A stretch of DNA of 26,908 nt from a virus (lineage: Duplodnaviria; Caudoviricetes), in IMG/VR virus record IMGVR_UViG_3300009602_000068, positions 1 through 26,908 of that record. One strand, 5' to 3'. Positions within the stretch are counted from its first letter, which is position 1. Every line of letters begins with the position of its first letter. Position numbers and translations under genes: made by a program. This document shows, in pieces, positions 23,207 through 26,908 of this stretch. The notes under the pieces were generated by a model that was not told the origin of the DNA, made no database searches, and was given only the letters and a program-made list of their open reading frames with translations.

Positions 23207-24893
23207 TGATTAGATTCCATAAGGTTAAGTTTTCGCTTAGTAATTGCTTGCACTTTTGCTCTATTGCGGCCTCTAGTTCGTCAGCTGTGGCGTGTTCAAG
23301 GGTATCATTAACAGACTTTCGCACTATTTCGAGCCAGCTACAGCCCACCTTTTGCCCTATTTCGTCCCCACTGGCACCATTAAGAGCCGCAAAAACGCTT
23401 AAACTGTCCCCGATTCTAGCTAGAAACGGTTCTAGCTGTTCGGTTAATCGGTTGTCGACGTGATTTAGAAACGCGGTTGCTGTCTTTTGGCGTGCCCAGC
23501 GTTTGATGGTTGCAAGTGTTTTTTGCATTGCTGCGTCTAAGCTATTGCCCAGGGCAACGCGGGCGGCTTCCTGGGCGGCTTCGCTGTCGTCGTCGGCTGG
23601 TTCTTCTGCTGGTTCGTCGTCAACTGGCACAGGGGCAACAGGGGCGGCTGGCTCTGGTTCTGGCTCTGGTAGCTCATCGGCAAAGCTCATGTTAAGGGGC
23701 TTTAAGAATTTCCCCCCTAGCCCGTCGTCGCGCGGGTTCTGGTTTTGCATTGCGCGGAACTCGTCGGGGGACAATACGCCCATTTCGATACCCAGGCGGC
23801 CCACTTCGTACTGTGTTTTTATGTCTGCCTGTATCAGTGCCCCGGTATTGTGCTCAATAAAGTGGCTGTTTTCGTCTTGCTGCTGTTGGGTTAGTAGCTT
23901 TAAGTAGCATTCGCTGGCGATCGTGTGCAGCCAAGCAGATAAACAGCTGTCAAGATAAGACCTGTTTTCCTGTTCGAGTGACGCATAAGAAACGTTTACA
24001 GGCGATCCCAGCTTATGGGGCGGCAGGTTGTACCAGCGGGCTACCTCTCTAACCTGCTCTTGCCGTGCCCCGGCAAGCTGGCTTTGCTCTGGAGTAAATT
24101 GTGCTTCGTGGAATTTTGCCCCGTCTCTTAATATGACAGTACGGAAACTGTTATCAACGCCCTCGTACGTCTTTCGGAAGCCAGTCTCTAAGTTGTCAGC
24201 CGCTGGTTTGCTCATCCCTGCGGGCACTTCCAGCACGCCCCCGATTCTAGCCCCGTTCTTGAAGAAGCGGCTGGCGAATTTTTCAGCCGCTAGGCCAAGG
24301 GCTATCGCGTTTCGCATTTCGTAAATAAGCTCGCAGTCGGCGTCACCGTATACGCTGATCCCTTCAAAGTGCAACACCTGGGAAGCGTCGAAACCATGCA
24401 ACGCGCCGCCAACTTCTGTAACGTAAATAATGCTGCCGTCTTGCTGTATCTCTGGGCGCGTCCTGTCGGGTAGCAGCGGCAACAGGCCAACCGGCACGCC
24501 TTGCCGCCCGTAGTCAATCAACGCATAAGCGTTATTCCATATGAGAAGGTGTGTGAGCATGCGCCGCCAGAACTTGAAGCTGTGTATTGTCGGATTGCAC
24601 TTGCGCCGAATCAGGAACTGGGCCGGGTGCATTGTGTCAATTTCCCTACCGTTGTTTGGCAGCCGCTTGTATACGTCCAGGGGCAGCTTTGCAACGTCGC
24701 CGCTAATCAAGTTGACAGCCTGCCAAACGGGGGAGTAGGTAAGTGCCCGGCGCGGGCCGACTGCTTCCCCTGCTTCTGTGGAAGCGTCACCAAAAACAGA
24801 TTGCCAGACCTCAGGGCTACCAAGCGGAATATTAGGGTTCTCTAAAGATCGTGGCTCTGCTTCCCGCTGCGGGTCTATCATGTTTTCGCTCAT
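23187..24893 (-). CDS. portal protein, HK97 family, with C-terminal extension
   Basis: V..AV.LIS.DVAKLP, NAYA.I, FFKNGA..GGVL, EVARWYNLPPHKLG and EQ.N..YL...L..W motifs. Confidence 0.95.
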   Translation of the reverse strand: MSENMIDPQREAEPRSLENPNIPLGSPEVWQSVFGDASTEAGEAVGPRRALTYSPVWQAVNLISGDVAKLPLDVYKRLPNNGREIDTMHPAQFLIRRKCNPTIHSFKFWRRMLTHLLIWNNAYALIDYGRQGVPVGLLPLLPDRTRPEIQQDGSIIYVTEVGGALHGFDASQVLHFEGISVYGDADCELIYEMRNAIALGLAAEKFASRFFKNGARIGGVLEVPAGMSKPAADNLETGFRKTYEGVDNSFRTVILRDGAKFHEAQFTPEQSQLAGARQEQVREVARWYNLPPHKLGSPVNVSYASLEQENRSYLDSCLSAWLHTIASECYLKLLTQQQQDENSHFIEHNTGALIQADIKTQYEVGRLGIEMGVLSPDEFRAMQNQNPRDDGLGGKFLKPLNMSFADELPEPEPEPAAPVAPVPVDDEPAEEPADDDSEAAQEAARVALGNSLDAAMQKTLATIKRWARQKTATAFLNHVDNRLTEQLEPFLARIGDSLSVFAALNGASGDEIGQKVGCSWLEIVRKSVNDTLEHATADELEAAIEQKCKQLLSENLTLWNLINEYRTT

Positions 24894-24896
24894 GGT

Positions 24897-26537
24897 TTAG
24901 GCCAATTCTATCTCGTTGTTTTCGTAATATGAAAGCGGCCCCTGCTCACTGATAGCCCTACTAAGAGCCATCACAGCCGCGATTATGCCGTCGATTTTCT
25001 TAGGGTTTGCGTTTGGCGGTTTGACTGGTCGGTAGTTGTTGTTGTTGTCGCTCTTGGTTTGCGTGTGCAAGGCTTGCCAAGTTAGCACCGGGTGGCGCGG
25101 GTGCGTTAAGTTCTGGTTTAATACTAGCCTTTCCATTTCGGCAGTCGGGGCGGCAAAGTTGCTAATTGTCTGCTTGAATTGTGTACGCGGGATATAGTGT
25201 TCTAACTCTAGCCGCTGGGTTAGTTCTTCTGCACTCCACGGGTCGTAAACTAGTTCTACAATGTCGAACTGTTCAGATAGTTCAGCCACCTTTTTCTCTA
25301 TCACAGCATAATCTAAAACGTTGCCCGCTGTTAATTGCAAAAAGCCTCTATCGTGCCACTGTTGATAACTGGCTTGGTTCGCATGATCTTTAACAGTTTC
25401 CTCTGGTAGAAAGAAGTAAGGCAATAGCTTGTAGTTGTCGTCGTCCCTGAACACACAGACTATAGCGGTCATATCTCGCGTGCGGGACAAATCCAAACCA
25501 ACGAAGCAACGTTGCCCGGTTAAATCGGCTGCTGTGAAGTCGTCCCCGCACTTATCCCAGTCGGTTTTCCGTAGCCACGGGTTAGCGGCACTCTGCCAGA
25601 TGTTAAGCCGTAACTGCTTCCAGCTGGTAAAATCGGCGACGCTACGCTTAGCCCGCTTGTAGCTTGTCTCGAATTCTGCGCGTTTAATCGTTACGCCTAA
25701 CCCTGGGTTCGCCTTTTTCCAAGTTCCAACCTTGCCGCACTCGTGATCTGTTGCCGTCTGGGGTGCTGAATAGTTGATAAATAAGAATGAATCGTCGTAG
25801 ATCATGCCCTCAGAGACGGCCTGCCCATAGTCAAACTGTTTTTTGGCGTACCCTTCCGGGTTGTTTCCTGCTGTGCTGGCTTCAAATTGGAGCGGTTCAG
25901 AGCGACTCGCGCCCATATATTCAAGCACCCGCGCCAATCGCTCATCTACAACGTGCACTTCGTCAATGATTACAGAACCATTTAGCCCATGCTGGCCCCT
26001 GATGTTGTCCCCTGCCAGTACTTCGTAGGTGCTGCGGCTTAGCTCATGGTATATTCTGCCCGTTGCCTTGTTAATCTTTAGCTCTTTGGATAGTACCGGC
26101 GACTGTTCGACCATGTGCCTAGCGTGTGCGTGCATGATGCCCGCCTGCCTGCCGTCTTTAGCAGCTGAGAAAACCTTCTGCCCTGGTTCGCCGTCTGCGA
26201 TTAAAAGATACAGGCCCAGCATTGCACAGGTAGGGCTTTTTCCGTTCTTCTTTGGCACCCATAACCCGCAGCGGGTAAACCGTCTGACGTACCTATTCCA
26301 ATCTTTCGACCACTTCACCCAGCCGAACAGCCTGGAAAACAAATCTATTTGCCACTTCATTAGCTGCACTGGTTGCCCGGCGTATTCCCCTTCATAGAGC
26401 CGCAGGTGTTCTGTCATGAATTCGATTACATGCTCTACCCGCTGCGGGTCGTACAGGCAGCCGTCAGCCTTTGCGCGTTCATCGGCTGCGTCTTGAATCA
26501 TCCGGGCCGGGGGTTTTTTGGGTTTGTGGTTTGTCAT
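24897..26537 (-). CDS. terL: terminase large subunit
   Basis: Walker A VPKKNGKS, Walker B IIDEVH, STAG, nuclease GLDLS..RDMTA and KIDGIIA.VMA motifs. Confidence 0.96.
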   Translation of the reverse strand: MTNHKPKKPPARMIQDAADERAKADGCLYDPQRVEHVIEFMTEHLRLYEGEYAGQPVQLMKWQIDLFSRLFGWVKWSKDWNRYVRRFTRCGLWVPKKNGKSPTCAMLGLYLLIADGEPGQKVFSAAKDGRQAGIMHAHARHMVEQSPVLSKELKINKATGRIYHELSRSTYEVLAGDNIRGQHGLNGSVIIDEVHVVDERLARVLEYMGASRSEPLQFEASTAGNNPEGYAKKQFDYGQAVSEGMIYDDSFLFINYSAPQTATDHECGKVGTWKKANPGLGVTIKRAEFETSYKRAKRSVADFTSWKQLRLNIWQSAANPWLRKTDWDKCGDDFTAADLTGQRCFVGLDLSRTRDMTAIVCVFRDDDNYKLLPYFFLPEETVKDHANQASYQQWHDRGFLQLTAGNVLDYAVIEKKVAELSEQFDIVELVYDPWSAEELTQRLELEHYIPRTQFKQTISNFAAPTAEMERLVLNQNLTHPRHPVLTWQALHTQTKSDNNNNYRPVKPPNANPKKIDGIIAAVMALSRAISEQGPLSYYENNEIELA

Positions 26538-26908
26538 GATCTAGCGCGGGTTTTTATTTCGGTTACAGTTTCCCCGTTAAACTCCAGGCGGGTTCTCTCG
26601 ACTGGCCCCAGGGCTAACTTACTCGACAGCTGCACGTAGCGGTCGGTTGCCCTTGCCATTGCTACGTCATCCCCGCGCCGCTGGGCTTCTTTATACATAC
26701 ACCACCAATCACAAGCCTGATGCAACAACGCGCTATCGCATTTTCCATAGACGCCCGGCGGCATACTGTCGACGGTTTGCTTCCACCACCACCGCGCGTC
26801 TTTGCACATCCCGCGCGGCTTAGTTGGCGGGCCGGTTGCCAGTGCCAGTTGTTCGTCTGTGATTTTTCCTTGTCTATCTGGCCTGTAGGTGCCAGATAGC
26901 TTTAGGAC
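26534..26908 (-). CDS. terS: terminase small subunit (P27-like; 5' end beyond the window)
   Basis: Frame is open to the window edge: VLKLSGTYRPDRQ...P.KPRGMCKDARWWW...D...L...C...LALGPVER.RL. Confidence 0.85.
   Translation of the reverse strand, partial: VLKLSGTYRPDRQGKITDEQLALATGPPTKPRGMCKDARWWWKQTVDSMPPGVYGKCDSALLHQACDWWCMYKEAQRRGDDVAMARATDRYVQLSSKLALGPVERTRLEFNGETVTEIKTRARS

Noticed and set aside
1-26908. Stop-codon reassignment, tRNA genes, integrase/att site
   Set aside because: Conserved genes are full length under the standard bacterial code. No cloverleaf or recombinase motifs were recognised, so lifestyle cannot be determined from this window.

Overview
This window is part of a tailed-phage (siphovirus-like, HK97-type head) genome or prophage, coded almost entirely on the minus strand. 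In transcription order (right to left) it holds: small and large terminase, portal, prohead protease, major capsid, head-tail joining genes, tail terminator and tube, a -1 frameshifted tail chaperone pair, a short tape measure protein and tail-tip/fibre genes. Next is a lysis-position cassette centred on a papain-like (C1) cysteine protease with membrane and lipoprotein partners and no recognisable muramidase or amidase. A replication/recombination operon follows (HTH proteins, RecT, initiator with internal iteron-like repeats, DNA methyltransferase, RuvC-like resolvase). After it is a promoter-driven array of small genes, nearly all preceded by one of two repeated start-associated leaders, ending in a minimal PolX and an XRE HTH. 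A two-gene plus-strand island (HExxH protein and metallophosphoesterase) and a detached second block of virion/fibre-like genes, including a 23-aa tandem-repeat protein missed by the ORF track, complete the window. No integrase, tRNA, CRISPR array or reverse transcriptase was seen. A Planctomycetota host is a tentative inference from protein style only. All product calls come from motif recognition and synteny; no searches were run.
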